64,000 nucleotides of DNA from Abditibacterium sp. (GCA_965199495.1 CBDASK010000003.1:4576001-4640000), one strand, 5' to 3'; shown: positions 10,395 to 20,961, counted from the first letter of the stretch. The notes: generated by a model from the letters alone, not told the origin. Made by a program: numbers and translations.

Positions 10395-11156
10395 ATGAAA
10401 CCCACTCTCACACAACCAAAACGGACTTCTGGATTCACCCTGATAGAATTGCTCGTCGTTATCGCGATTATCGCCATTTTGGCAGCGATTCTGTTTCCCG
10501 TGTTCGCTCGCGCCCGCGAAAACGCGCGCCGCGCTTCCTGCCAGAGCAATCTCAAGCAGTTGGCGCTGGGCATCGAGCAATACAAAAACGATTACGATAC
10601 CAAATATCCCGGTTTTGGCCAACCGGGCAATGTGGGCTGGGCGCAGAACGTGCAGCCCTACCTCAAGAGTCTGCAAATTTTGCAGTGCCCCAGCGAGCCG
10701 ACGGGTGGCCCAGACTATTCGCAACCGTTGCCCGCACTTGTGGCCGATACCAAGTTGTGCGATTATTTTTATAATGCTTCGCTAACCAACTACAATCCAC
10801 AGGACGCCAACTATGGCCGTGCTGAATCCGAACTATCGCAACCCACTCTGACCATTTTGGCGGGCGATGGCAGCGTCTATAACGCGGGCAACATTTTGCC
10901 TTACTACGATAGTGGAACCAATGGCTTCGATTGCAACCAAACTATGGGTGCGATGCCAGACGATCCGGCGTCTTATCCGGGCGGCACATGCGGTTGGGTC
11001 GCGTTTCGTCGGACTCCGGGTAAGCGTCATTTGGATGGCGCAAATTACGCTTTTTGCGATGGTCACGTAAAATTCGTGCGCCCGGCCAACGTGTGGGGCA
11101 ACGGTGCCCCGATGTCGGTTTCTCAACAAAACCCGACGTTCCGCCCGGTAGAATAA
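10395..11156 (+). CDS. DUF1559 prepilin-type N-terminal cleavage/methylation protein
   Basis: [14 protein letters not shown]...; [16 protein letters not shown] (H-X9-DG). Confidence 0.92.
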   Translation: MKPTLTQPKRTSGFTLIELLVVIAIIAILAAILFPVFARARENARRASCQSNLKQLALGIEQYKNDYDTKYPGFGQPGNVGWAQNVQPYLKSLQILQCPSEPTGGPDYSQPLPALVADTKLCDYFYNASLTNYNPQDANYGRAESELSQPTLTILAGDGSVYNAGNILPYYDSGTNGFDCNQTMGAMPDDPASYPGGTCGWVAFRRTPGKRHLDGANYAFCDGHVKFVRPANVWGNGAPMSVSQQNPTFRPVE

Positions 11157-11173
11157 GGCACCGCATCAACGAT

Positions 11174-11347
11174 ATGACACTCAAAAGAATCTCCTTTGCG
11201 CTTTGTGCGCTCCTTGGCTTGCTCGTGGTCAACGGCTGTTCGAGCAGCAAGACCGACAGCGCCACCAATGTGCCGGGGCCACCCACGGGGCCGCAACCCG
11301 CAGCCAATACCTCAAGTGGCAATCGAACCGGCAACACCGTGCAGTGA
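11174..11347 (+). CDS. Small lipoprotein
   Basis: Hydrophobic stretch plus lipobox VNGC; P/T/N-rich tail. Confidence 0.65.
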   Translation: MTLKRISFALCALLGLLVVNGCSSSKTDSATNVPGPPTGPQPAANTSSGNRTGNTVQ

Positions 11348-11428
11348 TCCGCTTCGACGCTTCCTCCACTTTTTCAAACTTCCAACAACCGGTGCCATCA
11401 CGTCATGGCATCGGCTGTTGATTTTTTC

Positions 11429-13285
11429 ATGCGAAACTCTTTTCTTTCCCGCTCTCTCTTTTTGCCCCTACTCTGCGCCACAACTTTAAGCGCGTGCGCG
11501 CAAAACAACGTCGGCGTGGCTGCTGATGCCGCGCCCCAAGTCGCGGCCCAGAATACCGATATGAAACCAGTCCCCGTGACGCTCAAGAAAACCACCGACG
11601 GCACCCAACTGTTGCGCGACGGCAAACCGTATCAAATCAAGGGCGCGGGCGGTTCGGGCAACTGGGCGATGCTGGCTAAATATGGCGGCAACAGCGTGCG
11701 CACTTGGGGCGTTGACGATCTGGCGAAACAGCTCGATGAAGCACAAAAACTCGGCCTTACCATCACGGCGGGCATTTGGCTGGGCCATACCGAACACGGT
11801 TTTAGCTACGACGATCCGAAACAGGTCGCCGACCAGTTCGCCAAAGCCAAAGCCGCCATTGACCAATTTAAAGATTATCCGGCGCTGTTGATGTGGGGCA
11901 TCGGCAACGAAATGGAAGGTTACTCGCCGACGACCGACCCGAAAATGTGGGCGGCGGTGCAGCAAATCGCGGCTTATGCGCACAAAGTTGACCCGAACCA
12001 TCCGACGATGACGGTCGTCGCTGAAATCGGCGGCGATAAAGTCGCGGCGCTCCACAAAAACTGCCCCGATATTGATGTCGTCGGCATCAACTCCTATGCG
12101 GGCGCGGTTTCGATTCCCGACCGTTATCTCAAAGCGGGCGGCACCAAACCCTATGTTTTGACCGAGTTCGGCCCGGCGGGCACTTGGGAAACCGGCAAAA
12201 CCGATTGGGGCGCGCCGCTCGAACCGACCAGCACGGAAAAAGCCGAATCGTATGCCAACGCGTGGAACAAAGCGATTGCCAATCAGCCGCTCGCGCTGGG
12301 CGGTTATGCGTTTACGTGGGGCAACAAACAGGAAGCCACGGCGACATGGTTTGGAATGCTGTTGCCCAATGGCGAACCGTTGGGCGCCGTTGACGCGATG
12401 AGCCGCGTCTGGACGGGCAAAGCTCCGCCGGAAAGCGCGCCGGTTATCGAAAGCTATAAGTTGCAGGGCGACCAAAAAGTGAAGCCGGGCGCGATGGTGA
12501 ACGCCAATTTGACAGTCAGCGATCCCGACGGCGACCCGATCAAAGTCGAGTGGATTCTGCGCGGCGACCTGATGATTGCGGGCAACAACGGCGACGCCGA
12601 AGCCGCGCCTCCAACTTATCCCGACGCGATAATTAAAGGCGATAACAAGGGAGTTCAGGTCAAAATGCCAGACATCGGCGGCGCCTATCGGCTGTTCGCT
12701 TATGCGCGCGACGGCAAAAATGGCGCGGCGGTCGCCAACATTCCGCTCTTTGTCGAAGGCGGCGGCAAAGCGCCCGCCGCTAAAGCGCGCACCGCGAAAT
12801 TACCGTTCGATTTAACGCCCAAAAACGGCGATGCGCCTTACGCCGCGTCGGGTTTCATGGGCAATGCCGCAGCGATTACCGTCGAAAACTCGACCGACAA
12901 TCCGCATAGCGGTAAAAGCGATTTGAAAGTGCAATACAACGCCGCCGACAATTGGGGCGGCGTCGTGTGGCAAAGCCCCGCCGACGATTGGGGCGACAAA
13001 CCCGGCGGCTTCGATCTGGAGGGCGCCCAGAAATTGACTTTTTGGGCACGCGGCGCCAAGGGCGGCGAAAAAGTCGAGTTCGGTTTTGGCCTGATTGATC
13101 GCGACAAAAAGTATTACGATACGACCAAAGGCAAAACGACCGCAACGTTGACAACCGATTGGAAGCAATATACCATTCCGATTGGCGACGTGGATTTGAG
13201 CCGCATCAAAACCGGATTTTACTGGACAGCCGCCGCAACGGGCGCGCCATTCACGTTTTATCTGGACGACATTCGCTGGGAATAA
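11429..13285 (+). CDS. Secreted clan GH-A (GH2-like TIM barrel) glycoside hydrolase with C-terminal carbohydrate-binding-like domain
   Basis: NSVRTWG, WGIGNE, LTEFG; lipobox-like LSAC; beta-sandwich tail FYLDDIRWE. Confidence 0.85.
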   Translation: MRNSFLSRSLFLPLLCATTLSACAQNNVGVAADAAPQVAAQNTDMKPVPVTLKKTTDGTQLLRDGKPYQIKGAGGSGNWAMLAKYGGNSVRTWGVDDLAKQLDEAQKLGLTITAGIWLGHTEHGFSYDDPKQVADQFAKAKAAIDQFKDYPALLMWGIGNEMEGYSPTTDPKMWAAVQQIAAYAHKVDPNHPTMTVVAEIGGDKVAALHKNCPDIDVVGINSYAGAVSIPDRYLKAGGTKPYVLTEFGPAGTWETGKTDWGAPLEPTSTEKAESYANAWNKAIANQPLALGGYAFTWGNKQEATATWFGMLLPNGEPLGAVDAMSRVWTGKAPPESAPVIESYKLQGDQKVKPGAMVNANLTVSDPDGDPIKVEWILRGDLMIAGNNGDAEAAPPTYPDAIIKGDNKGVQVKMPDIGGAYRLFAYARDGKNGAAVANIPLFVEGGGKAPAAKARTAKLPFDLTPKNGDAPYAASGFMGNAAAITVENSTDNPHSGKSDLKVQYNAADNWGGVVWQSPADDWGDKPGGFDLEGAQKLTFWARGAKGGEKVEFGFGLIDRDKKYYDTTKGKTTATLTTDWKQYTIPIGDVDLSRIKTGFYWTAAATGAPFTFYLDDIRWE

Positions 13286-13387
13286 CTCACAAAGCGAAGG
13301 GGCCAACGCACGTCAGCCCCTCCGTATCTCGATGTTGATAATCCCTTCTTTGAAGCACCTTTAGCCAGTTAATCTAATTTGAAAATC

Positions 13388-14932
13388 TTAACTTTCAATT
13401 GGATTTTTAGACATTTGTTCTTCAATTTGGCCCAAGAATTCCTTTGCCAGCTCTGTTGTTCGTGTATCTTCGGTTGTTTCCAAAAGCGAAACACATTGAC
13501 GCATCAACTCAAAAGCACTTGTAATATCGCCTTCGTTTCTCCGTAATGCAGCCAAATTACCAAGTGATACTGCTTGACCAATAGTGTCTCCCAATTCTCG
13601 CTTAATTTTTAACCCTCGATAACAGGCCTCTTCTGCATTTTTCCATCTACCCAATTGTTGATATAAAGTCACCAAATTATTGAGAATTTGGGCTTCCGTG
13701 AGGCGGTCGCCGACTTCAAGGCAAATGGTCAAGCCCTCTTGATAGATTTCTTCGGCTCGCTCCCATTGCGACTGTTGTCCGTAAACAAGCCCAAGGTTAT
13801 TAAGAGTTTGGCTTTGGGTTGCACGATCTCCCGTCAGGCGCTTCATTCGTAAACTTTCTTGAAGTGCTACTTCTGATTGTGAGTAGAGTTCGCACTGTAG
13901 ATACAGCGCACCCAGATTACCCAATGTTTGCGCCTCACCCACTAAGTCATTGGAGGCTTTAGCGAGGGAAAGGCTTCTGTTGAAAGCCTTTTCTGCATCT
14001 TTCCACTTCCCTTGAGAATAATAAACACTACCTAAATTGCTGAACGTTTTTGATAGGTCAGAGTAATTTTCTGACTCGTGGGAAATTTCCAAGTCTCTCA
14101 GTAGAGAGTCTTCCGCTTGCTTCCATTTTCCCTGAACTCGATAAGCAATCCCCAAATTATTTAGAACTTGACTTTCCATTTGACGATTATTCGTTTCCTG
14201 TGCAACAGCCAAAGCTTTTGCATGGCTTTTTTCGGCCATATTCCAATCACCTATAGCCTGATAGATATTGCCCAAACGAGTTAACAACGAAAATTGAATT
14301 ATATGATGTTGAGAATGAAAGGCTAAAGAGTTGACATCTTCAAGCAGATTTTCGATCTCACGGATGCGTGTCCTTTTTTCTTCAAGGACTAATTTATCGA
14401 CATCCACCCACTCATCTTTTAATAATATCTGCGCTACTTCTAAACTTGCCTCTGGTGTTCGCGCGAAGAAGTACAATCCCGAACGCACCGAGTAAAAATC
14501 GGGTGCGCCCCGCATTATCGCTACTAACGCATATTCGGGCACAAACAGCACAAGTGGGCATGACATGACACGCGGGAACGAATTGCGCGCGGCGTTAAGG
14601 TTAGCCACGACGGGCGAGTTGGCCGCGTTTTTAGAATCGGGCAGCGAATATTCTAAACCACCGACTAAAACAGCGTTAGGGTTGGGTTTAGTCAGACTAT
14701 TTTGAAGTTCGTCGAGCAAATGGCGAATCGGTTCGCGCAGTTCGATGCTCTTCAAAACGGCGTCAGGGCGGTCGGCATGCAGGGCGGCGATGATGTCGCG
14801 GCGTTGCGCGGGGTCGTTACAACGCACCAAAAACAACGCGAAGCCCTGCGCACGTCGCAAAGCCATTTTCAGGGATTGCAACTGTTCGGCTTCATCGTTT
14901 GGCGCCGGGTCAAACGGATCGAAATCAGACAT
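13388..14932 (-). CDS. TPR-repeat protein with N-terminal degenerate P-loop-like domain
   Basis: Repeated LxNLG/LNNLG TPR units; N-term GFALFLVRCN, NLNAARNSF, APDFYS. Confidence 0.85.
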   Translation of the reverse strand: MSDFDPFDPAPNDEAEQLQSLKMALRRAQGFALFLVRCNDPAQRRDIIAALHADRPDAVLKSIELREPIRHLLDELQNSLTKPNPNAVLVGGLEYSLPDSKNAANSPVVANLNAARNSFPRVMSCPLVLFVPEYALVAIMRGAPDFYSVRSGLYFFARTPEASLEVAQILLKDEWVDVDKLVLEEKRTRIREIENLLEDVNSLAFHSQHHIIQFSLLTRLGNIYQAIGDWNMAEKSHAKALAVAQETNNRQMESQVLNNLGIAYRVQGKWKQAEDSLLRDLEISHESENYSDLSKTFSNLGSVYYSQGKWKDAEKAFNRSLSLAKASNDLVGEAQTLGNLGALYLQCELYSQSEVALQESLRMKRLTGDRATQSQTLNNLGLVYGQQSQWERAEEIYQEGLTICLEVGDRLTEAQILNNLVTLYQQLGRWKNAEEACYRGLKIKRELGDTIGQAVSLGNLAALRRNEGDITSAFELMRQCVSLLETTEDTRTTELAKEFLGQIEEQMSKNPIES

Positions 14933-16301
14933 TTGGCGAGTTCAAACGTTGGGCCGTCTTCTTGAATTTGGGAAGTTGGCGCACAATGGGATTCACCGCA
15001 TACCAAGGAGTAACGCTGGAAAACGGATCATCAGCGCCGTCGCCATTGATGTATTCCAGCACACTCAAATTTTCCAACATCCGCGAGTAATCGGGGTCAT
15101 CATTGGGAATTTGTTGGTCATCGGATTTCTCCAGTAGCACCAGCTTTTCCCAGTTAGTTTCGGGAATGCCCACTGCATAACCGCTTACGGTTTGGGAGAT
15201 GGCCTGATGTGCGGCTCGCAAGCGAATTGGGATTTGCTCAGTGAAGGTGCAAGCCTCGCGTACAAACAACATCAGGTTTCTCACATGACCGCCGCTGTTT
15301 TTCAAAAGAAATTCCAAAGCGTCCGCTTCAAATACCTCCTCTAACTTCGCCCCATTTAAGCGGTGTTCCAAAAGCTCGCGCAAAAATTGCAGACCCAGTG
15401 GATAAGATTCGTGTGTGCCGCGTCGGAAAATTTTGACCATCGGCAAGACCATCGGATCACTTCCGTAACGTTGCTTAAGTTGCTGGCTCTCGGAACGCGC
15501 CAGACTCAAAGGGATGGTATAAATGACGTGAGTGCCCAAGCCAATCAACTGAGGCGCTCGTTCGATGAAGAGTTCTCGATGGGAGGCCGCGCCTTCGCCA
15601 AAATCTCCCACGCGCTGAATTTTCTCCAGACTGTCCAAAATTAATACGATGTCGTCAAACGGTTGCTCTCCATTTGAAACCTTAATTTCTTGCACTTTTA
15701 AGCGCGCCCGAGTGAAAACCAAATTTATTTCTTCGAGCATTGTGGTCATGCGCGGCAACAAATATTCGCGCACTTTTTGACGGGCTTCAGGGTCTTTTTT
15801 CAACAAAGCGATCTTGAATTTGGCCTTACCCAATTCGATCTCACCCTCTTCCATTTCAACATCGCGCAGCAGCAAACGTTCCACTTCATCAATTCGTTTT
15901 TGAAAGTAAGAATCCTTCAATTCAATTCCGACTTTTCGCAACGAGGTTCCCAGTTCTGCGACAATGGCGAGCAAAATATCGGTTGGCTCAACATCGAAAT
16001 CATCGAGATACTCTTCGGCATCCAGCACAATTGTAAAATATCGCTTATGGCCGACTTTAGGTTGAGGATTCTCCAACGCTCGCTTCAAACACAATAATTC
16101 CGATGATTTTCCACAACCGATATGTCCCGACACCAAAAACTTCATCGGTTTTTGCGAGAGACGCAAATTTTCCTGCACGCGCTCTGTCAACGCGTTATCA
16201 CCGCGCGCCTGAGAACAATCCACGTAAAACGCGGCGGACGCGGGATCGAAGGGATCGCATGCGTTGTAAAGGTAGGTCAAAATATCGCTCATCGTTATCA
16301 A
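14925..16301 (-). CDS. P-loop (AAA+/STAND-like) ATPase
   Basis: Walker A GHIGCGKS, Walker B IVLILDSLEK, SGGHVRNL; overlaps the TPR gene start; alternative ATG 16292. Confidence 0.88.
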   Translation of the reverse strand: MITMSDILTYLYNACDPFDPASAAFYVDCSQARGDNALTERVQENLRLSQKPMKFLVSGHIGCGKSSELLCLKRALENPQPKVGHKRYFTIVLDAEEYLDDFDVEPTDILLAIVAELGTSLRKVGIELKDSYFQKRIDEVERLLLRDVEMEEGEIELGKAKFKIALLKKDPEARQKVREYLLPRMTTMLEEINLVFTRARLKVQEIKVSNGEQPFDDIVLILDSLEKIQRVGDFGEGAASHRELFIERAPQLIGLGTHVIYTIPLSLARSESQQLKQRYGSDPMVLPMVKIFRRGTHESYPLGLQFLRELLEHRLNGAKLEEVFEADALEFLLKNSGGHVRNLMLFVREACTFTEQIPIRLRAAHQAISQTVSGYAVGIPETNWEKLVLLEKSDDQQIPNDDPDYSRMLENLSVLEYINGDGADDPFSSVTPWYAVNPIVRQLPKFKKTAQRLNSPNV

Positions 16302-16476
16302 TCGCCAGTTTAGTCCAAATACTCAATTTTTTGCGTTTGCACAGCAACAAGTCCAACCGCGAGATGCTCAGCCTACCGGTGCTTTGCTAAAGTGCCGATC
16401 TTTTGGAGCAACGGGAAGCCAACCTTGAAGTTGTTGGAATAGAAGAATCCGCAAAGAAGTCAACATCAATTCAGGA

Positions 16477-17406
16477 TTACCTGTTTGCCAACCATACGAT
16501 TTCGTCTGGCGTCAACGTCAGCTCGTCGGCTTGTAACGCTTCGCGCAATCGCGTGGGTTTACTGGTGCCGATGATAGGAAAAACCGGAAACGATTGATTG
16601 ATCAAATACGCCAAAGCGATTTGGCCGGGCGTCGCGTCATATTTGCGGGCTAACTCGCGCGCCCGCTCGCGCCGCGCGTTGTTTTGCGGCGAATTATAAG
16701 CGTCCGTATCGTGGCCGTCGAAAAACCCGTGCGCCGTCGGGCTGTAAACCGCAAGCGCGAAATTATTATCGCGATACCAACCGATTTGCTCTTCAGCCTC
16801 GACCAAAGTGCTGTCGCTGCTTTGCGCATGGGCCAGACTCCAGCGCGGCTGAGAAATCACGAAACCGACTTTATCGTTTGCGCGCGCGTATTCGTTGGCT
16901 TCGCTGATGCGCGCGGTTGACCAGTTGCTCGCGCCCAGATATTTGAGGCGCCCGCGTTCGATTTCGGCGTTGAGCGCGTCCACAATCTCGCCGACCGGCA
17001 CGCGTTCATCGTCGCGATGCAGATAGTACAGCTCGACGTGGCTGCATTGCAGGCGGCCCAAACTATCGTCAAGATCGGCGCCAATTCGTTCGGGCGACAA
17101 ATAATATTCGACACTGCGATAATTCGGCATCGAAATATGCCCGCCTTTGGTGGCAACAACAACTTGATCGGTCAAACCGCGCCGCCGCAAGTAATCGCCG
17201 ATGCCGATTTCACTGATGCCGTTGCCGCCGGGCAACCAAAACGAATAGCAATGCGCGGTATCGAAAAAGTTGCCGCCCGCCTCGACAAACGCATCGAGCA
17301 ACGCGTCCGACTCGGCTGCGGGCAAGGCGAATAATTCGCCCAACCCGCAGCAAAACGACGAAAGTTGCAGGTCGGTACCCGCAAGTGACTGTTGATTTAT
17401 TTTCAT
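16477..17406 (-). CDS. Aldo/keto reductase
   Basis: GGNFFDTAHCY, ATKG, LYYLHRDD, GASNW. Confidence 0.92.
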   Translation of the reverse strand: MKINQQSLAGTDLQLSSFCCGLGELFALPAAESDALLDAFVEAGGNFFDTAHCYSFWLPGGNGISEIGIGDYLRRRGLTDQVVVATKGGHISMPNYRSVEYYLSPERIGADLDDSLGRLQCSHVELYYLHRDDERVPVGEIVDALNAEIERGRLKYLGASNWSTARISEANEYARANDKVGFVISQPRWSLAHAQSSDSTLVEAEEQIGWYRDNNFALAVYSPTAHGFFDGHDTDAYNSPQNNARRERARELARKYDATPGQIALAYLINQSFPVFPIIGTSKPTRLREALQADELTLTPDEIVWLANR

Positions 17407-17407
17407 C

Positions 17408-18463
17408 TTAGTTCGCCGCCAAACGCTCGTTCTCCCACGCTTGCAGTTCGCTCATCGGCTCGCCTTTGACGTGCATTTTGTCTTCGGGCACACCAAAATT
17501 TATCGCGGTCAGTTCGGCTAATTTCGCCAAATCATCGGCGCTTAAATCGGGCAAATCGGGCGCGGCGGCGAATTCGTGCAACTGCTCCATATCGTAGATG
17601 TTGGGGAGCGTCGTGCAAACCAACGGCTCGCTCAAAATGAATTTAAGCGCCTGTTGGCCAATCGTCGCTTCGCGGCCTTCGGTCAAGAATTCGAGCGATT
17701 TCAATTTTTCGATACCGTTCAACAGCCATTTGCGCGAACGATGGCGACGATGATCGTTGGCAGCGAACTGCGTTTCGGGGGTGTAATGGCCTTCGAGCAT
17801 ACCCGACGAGTGCGGCACCCGCACCAACAAACCGACTTGTTTTTCGCGCGCTTTATCGAAGAACGCGTTGCCCGGCCACTGCTCGAGCAGATTGTAAATG
17901 ATCTGCATCGAATCCAGCGGGCGATGCTTGAGATAGCCGTTGCCTTCGGTAATCCAGCCATTGGCCGGGCCAAGAGCCACGCCCGCATAACGAATTTTGC
18001 CTTCCTGTTTCAGTTCGCCCAAAACGTCCCAAATTTCGTCGCTGAAAACGCCGCCGATGCGCGCGTTGTGGATTTGCCATAAGGGAATCTGCTCGATGCC
18101 CAGACGTTGCAGCGATTGCTCGCAGGCGAATTTGACGAACTCGCGGTCGAAACGATGCGGCAATTCGACTTGGCCGCGACGCTCTTCGGCGGTCGTATTG
18201 TAAATATCGTAGCCGAATTTGGTGGCATAAACCACGTCGGTCGGGTTCTCGCCGAACGCCTGTTTGAGCAAGGTTTCGCCGCGCCCGTTGGCGTAGGTGT
18301 CGGCGGTATCGAAGAATGTCATGCCCGCATCGCGCGCGGCGCGCAGCATAGCGATGGCTTCTTCGTCGGTCTTTTCGCCCCACCAGTCGGTGGCGACAGT
18401 CCACACGCCGAATCCGACTTCGGATACGGTGAGATCAGTGTTGGGAAGAGTACGGAATTTCAC
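17408..18463 (-). CDS. Aldo/keto reductase
   Basis: VSEVGFG, FFDTADTY, ATKFG; GTG start 7 nt after TAAACT. Confidence 0.92.
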   Translation of the reverse strand: MKFRTLPNTDLTVSEVGFGVWTVATDWWGEKTDEEAIAMLRAARDAGMTFFDTADTYANGRGETLLKQAFGENPTDVVYATKFGYDIYNTTAEERRGQVELPHRFDREFVKFACEQSLQRLGIEQIPLWQIHNARIGGVFSDEIWDVLGELKQEGKIRYAGVALGPANGWITEGNGYLKHRPLDSMQIIYNLLEQWPGNAFFDKAREKQVGLLVRVPHSSGMLEGHYTPETQFAANDHRRHRSRKWLLNGIEKLKSLEFLTEGREATIGQQALKFILSEPLVCTTLPNIYDMEQLHEFAAAPDLPDLSADDLAKLAELTAINFGVPEDKMHVKGEPMSELQAWENERLAAN

Positions 18464-18528
18464 AAAGTAAAGTTTAGTGAATCGGGCGAATATGACACCT
18501 ATTTTAGACGGAAAAGGAAGACGACAAA

Positions 18529-18567
18529 AAAAGCGGAAAGCCAAATTGAATTGACTTTCCGCTTTTG
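18529..18567. terminator. Bidirectional intrinsic terminator
   Basis: AAAAGCGGAAAG...CTTTCCGCTTTT hairpin. Confidence 0.7.
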
Positions 18568-18584
18568 GGGTTGCTGATACCGAT

Positions 18585-18737
18585 TTACGCGGCTGGCATT
18601 GAAGCGCCGATTTTGGTCATCTTGGTGCCGCAGGTCGGACAGGTGCCCTGCACGGCGGGTTTGCCATTTTTCATTTCGATCTGGTGAGGATCGTTCATCT
18701 CACGCTTCTCTTTGCATTTAACGCAGTATGCTTCCAT
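18585..18737 (-). CDS. DUF5679-like zinc-ribbon microprotein (50 aa; absent from the ORF track)
   Basis: MEAYCVKCKEKREMNDPHQIEMKNGKPAVQGTCPTCGTKMTKIGASMPAA; AAGGAG RBS. Confidence 0.88.
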   Translation of the reverse strand: MEAYCVKCKEKREMNDPHQIEMKNGKPAVQGTCPTCGTKMTKIGASMPAA

Positions 18738-18836
18738 GATTGTTGTTTTGACTCCTTTGAGTGGGTTGTTACGGCTTGGTTTTTTACGACTAAATACGAC
18801 CGCACCTCAGACTTTGCAAAATCGCGGCCTTTACAG

Positions 18837-19256
18837 TTATAAGTCGCGGCTCTCAAAGAACTCGATGATTTCCCCATCTGGGCCAACAACGAAAGCGATT
18901 TTCGTTTTGAGTCCCATCTCGGTAAAAACACCGGGCACCATCGGCTCGGTTCTTATCTCTGCTCCGGCTGCGACCGCCGTTTGGAATGCGGCCTCGCAAT
19001 CGTCGGTGCGGAGGCATAAGTGTAACAGATTTGGCTCGCCACTGAGCGTGGACGCCTCGTCGCGCTCGAATATTTCGAGGTAGTTGCCGTCGCCCGTATT
19101 GAGCATGATCGCACGTTTGGGCGCCACGCCCCAACGGATTTTTTCGACGAACCCCAGACCATCACAATAAAAACGAATGCTTTTGTCCCAATCGTTGGTG
19201 CGAATGGCGATGTGGTGAAATCCACAGCCGGGAATTTTTGGGTTGGTATTTTCCAT
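18837..19256 (-). CDS. VOC/glyoxalase family protein
   Basis: FHHIAI, LEIF, HLCL, GPDGEIIEF. Confidence 0.9.
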   Translation of the reverse strand: MENTNPKIPGCGFHHIAIRTNDWDKSIRFYCDGLGFVEKIRWGVAPKRAIMLNTGDGNYLEIFERDEASTLSGEPNLLHLCLRTDDCEAAFQTAVAAGAEIRTEPMVPGVFTEMGLKTKIAFVVGPDGEIIEFFESRDL

Positions 19257-19312
19257 CAAGCGCGTGTATTGCTCAGAATTGATGCCAATTTGGCGCGGCA
19301 ATTAAATTACGC

Positions 19313-19930
19313 TCATTCATCTTCGCTCGCGTCCTTACCGTCGCCGTGGCTGCTTAAATCTTCGCGCGCTTTCAAACTGCCGCGCTCGAACAGATTCATC
19401 GTTTGCGCGCCCGCGCCTTCCTCCATCGCGGCGAATTCGGCCAAATCGGGCAAATCGGCCAACGATTTGAGTCCGAACTGTTCCAGAAACAACGGCCCGC
19501 TCTCGAACAGCCACGGGCGTCCCGGCGCGTCTTTGCGCCCATTGGGCGCAACCAGTTTGCGCTCCAACAAAAAGTTGAGCGGCCCGCCGCTATCCACACC
19601 GCGTAGCGCGTCAATGTCGCCGCGCGTGACGGGCTGACGATAAGCGACAATCGCTAAAACCTCGAACGCCGCGCGCGAAAGTCGGCTCTTTTTCTCGTCG
19701 CGCAAACGCCGAATATAAGGTGCATAAATCGCCTTAGTCACGAATTGCCAGCCGCCCGCGACTTCAACTAATTGCAACGCGCCGATGCCGTTTTTCTCGC
19801 GCGCCAAATCTTCCAACGCCGCACGCACTTCGTCGAGCGAAATTTCGGCAGCATTGGCCAAGCGCTCTGCCGCAATCGGACGGTCGGCGGCGAATAACAA
19901 CGCTTCGATAATATCGGTGGATTGAGGCAT
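19313..19930 (-). CDS. scpB: SMC-Scp complex subunit ScpB
   Basis: IEALLFAA, LAIVAYRQPVTR, APGRP. Confidence 0.95.
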   Translation of the reverse strand: MPQSTDIIEALLFAADRPIAAERLANAAEISLDEVRAALEDLAREKNGIGALQLVEVAGGWQFVTKAIYAPYIRRLRDEKKSRLSRAAFEVLAIVAYRQPVTRGDIDALRGVDSGGPLNFLLERKLVAPNGRKDAPGRPWLFESGPLFLEQFGLKSLADLPDLAEFAAMEEGAGAQTMNLFERGSLKAREDLSSHGDGKDASEDE

Positions 19931-20015
19931 GGGGAAAAGGATGAATAGTGCGGTTGATATTTGTGAATGCGATATAAAATCGCATTCACAAATATCAGCG
20001 AAGACCCATTTTCTT

Positions 20016-20840
20016 TTACTCTTTCGCTTTTTCGATCCAAATTTCTTCAAACAATTCGGCCTGTTTCACGAGGGCGCGACCACGCCGAATTAATTCCAAA
20101 ACCGCCAAAAACGTGACGACAACTTCCAAACGGCTCTGGCAATCTTCGCACAGCGATTCAAAGTTTAAGCGGCCCGCGCCTGCTAATTTCCATTCGACAT
20201 CGCGCAACCGTTCCGGCAGCGAAAATGGTTCGCGGCGCACAAGAGCCACCGGCGCTTCTTCCATGCGTTTCAGCACGCGCTTGAGCGCCGATAATAAATC
20301 GAAACTCGAAACATCCGATAACAACAGTGATTGCGAAAGTTCGGCGTCGAAACTGTTCCAGCTATTTTTGAGCGCATCGGGCGAACGCGCGAACAAGTCG
20401 GCGCGCGCCTCACGTTTGTCGCGCAGTTCTTCGGCGGCTTCCTGAATGCGCTGATATTCCAACAAGCGCTCGACCAACTCGGCGCGCGGGTCGGCACTTT
20501 CGTCGTCCATCGCATCTTCGTTTTCCGATTCGGCTTTGGGCAACAACATGCGCGCCTTGATCTGCATCAGCGTCGCCGCCGTCACCAGAAAATCGCCCGC
20601 CGTTTCAGCGCCGATTTCTTCCATCAAGCTCAGATATTCCACAAACTCGCTGGTGATGCGCGCAATGGGAATATCGAAAATATCATAACGATGCGCGCGA
20701 ATTAAATACAACAACAAATCGAGCGGCCCCTCGAAAATCGGGAGCGCGATTTTATGGCCGGTGAAACGGTCGGGGTCTTTGACCTGCGGCTGAGCGTGCG
20801 CGCCCTGATGCGCCGATGCTTCGTTAAGCGGTTCTTTCAT
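20016..20840 (-). CDS. scpA: Segregation and condensation protein ScpA
   Basis: FEGPLDLLLYLI, DPRAELVERLLEY, FLAVLEL. Confidence 0.95.
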   Translation of the reverse strand: MKEPLNEASAHQGAHAQPQVKDPDRFTGHKIALPIFEGPLDLLLYLIRAHRYDIFDIPIARITSEFVEYLSLMEEIGAETAGDFLVTAATLMQIKARMLLPKAESENEDAMDDESADPRAELVERLLEYQRIQEAAEELRDKREARADLFARSPDALKNSWNSFDAELSQSLLLSDVSSFDLLSALKRVLKRMEEAPVALVRREPFSLPERLRDVEWKLAGAGRLNFESLCEDCQSRLEVVVTFLAVLELIRRGRALVKQAELFEEIWIEKAKE

Positions 20841-20961
20841 GCGGGTGCCTCGCCCCAATCGCCGGGATTCTTGGCGATGTCATCGCCCAAATAATGAGCG
20901 GTGTAGGCGTGCGCGAATTCGTGAATAAAGCGAGCGGGAAAATCCATAAAAACCGCTTGAC

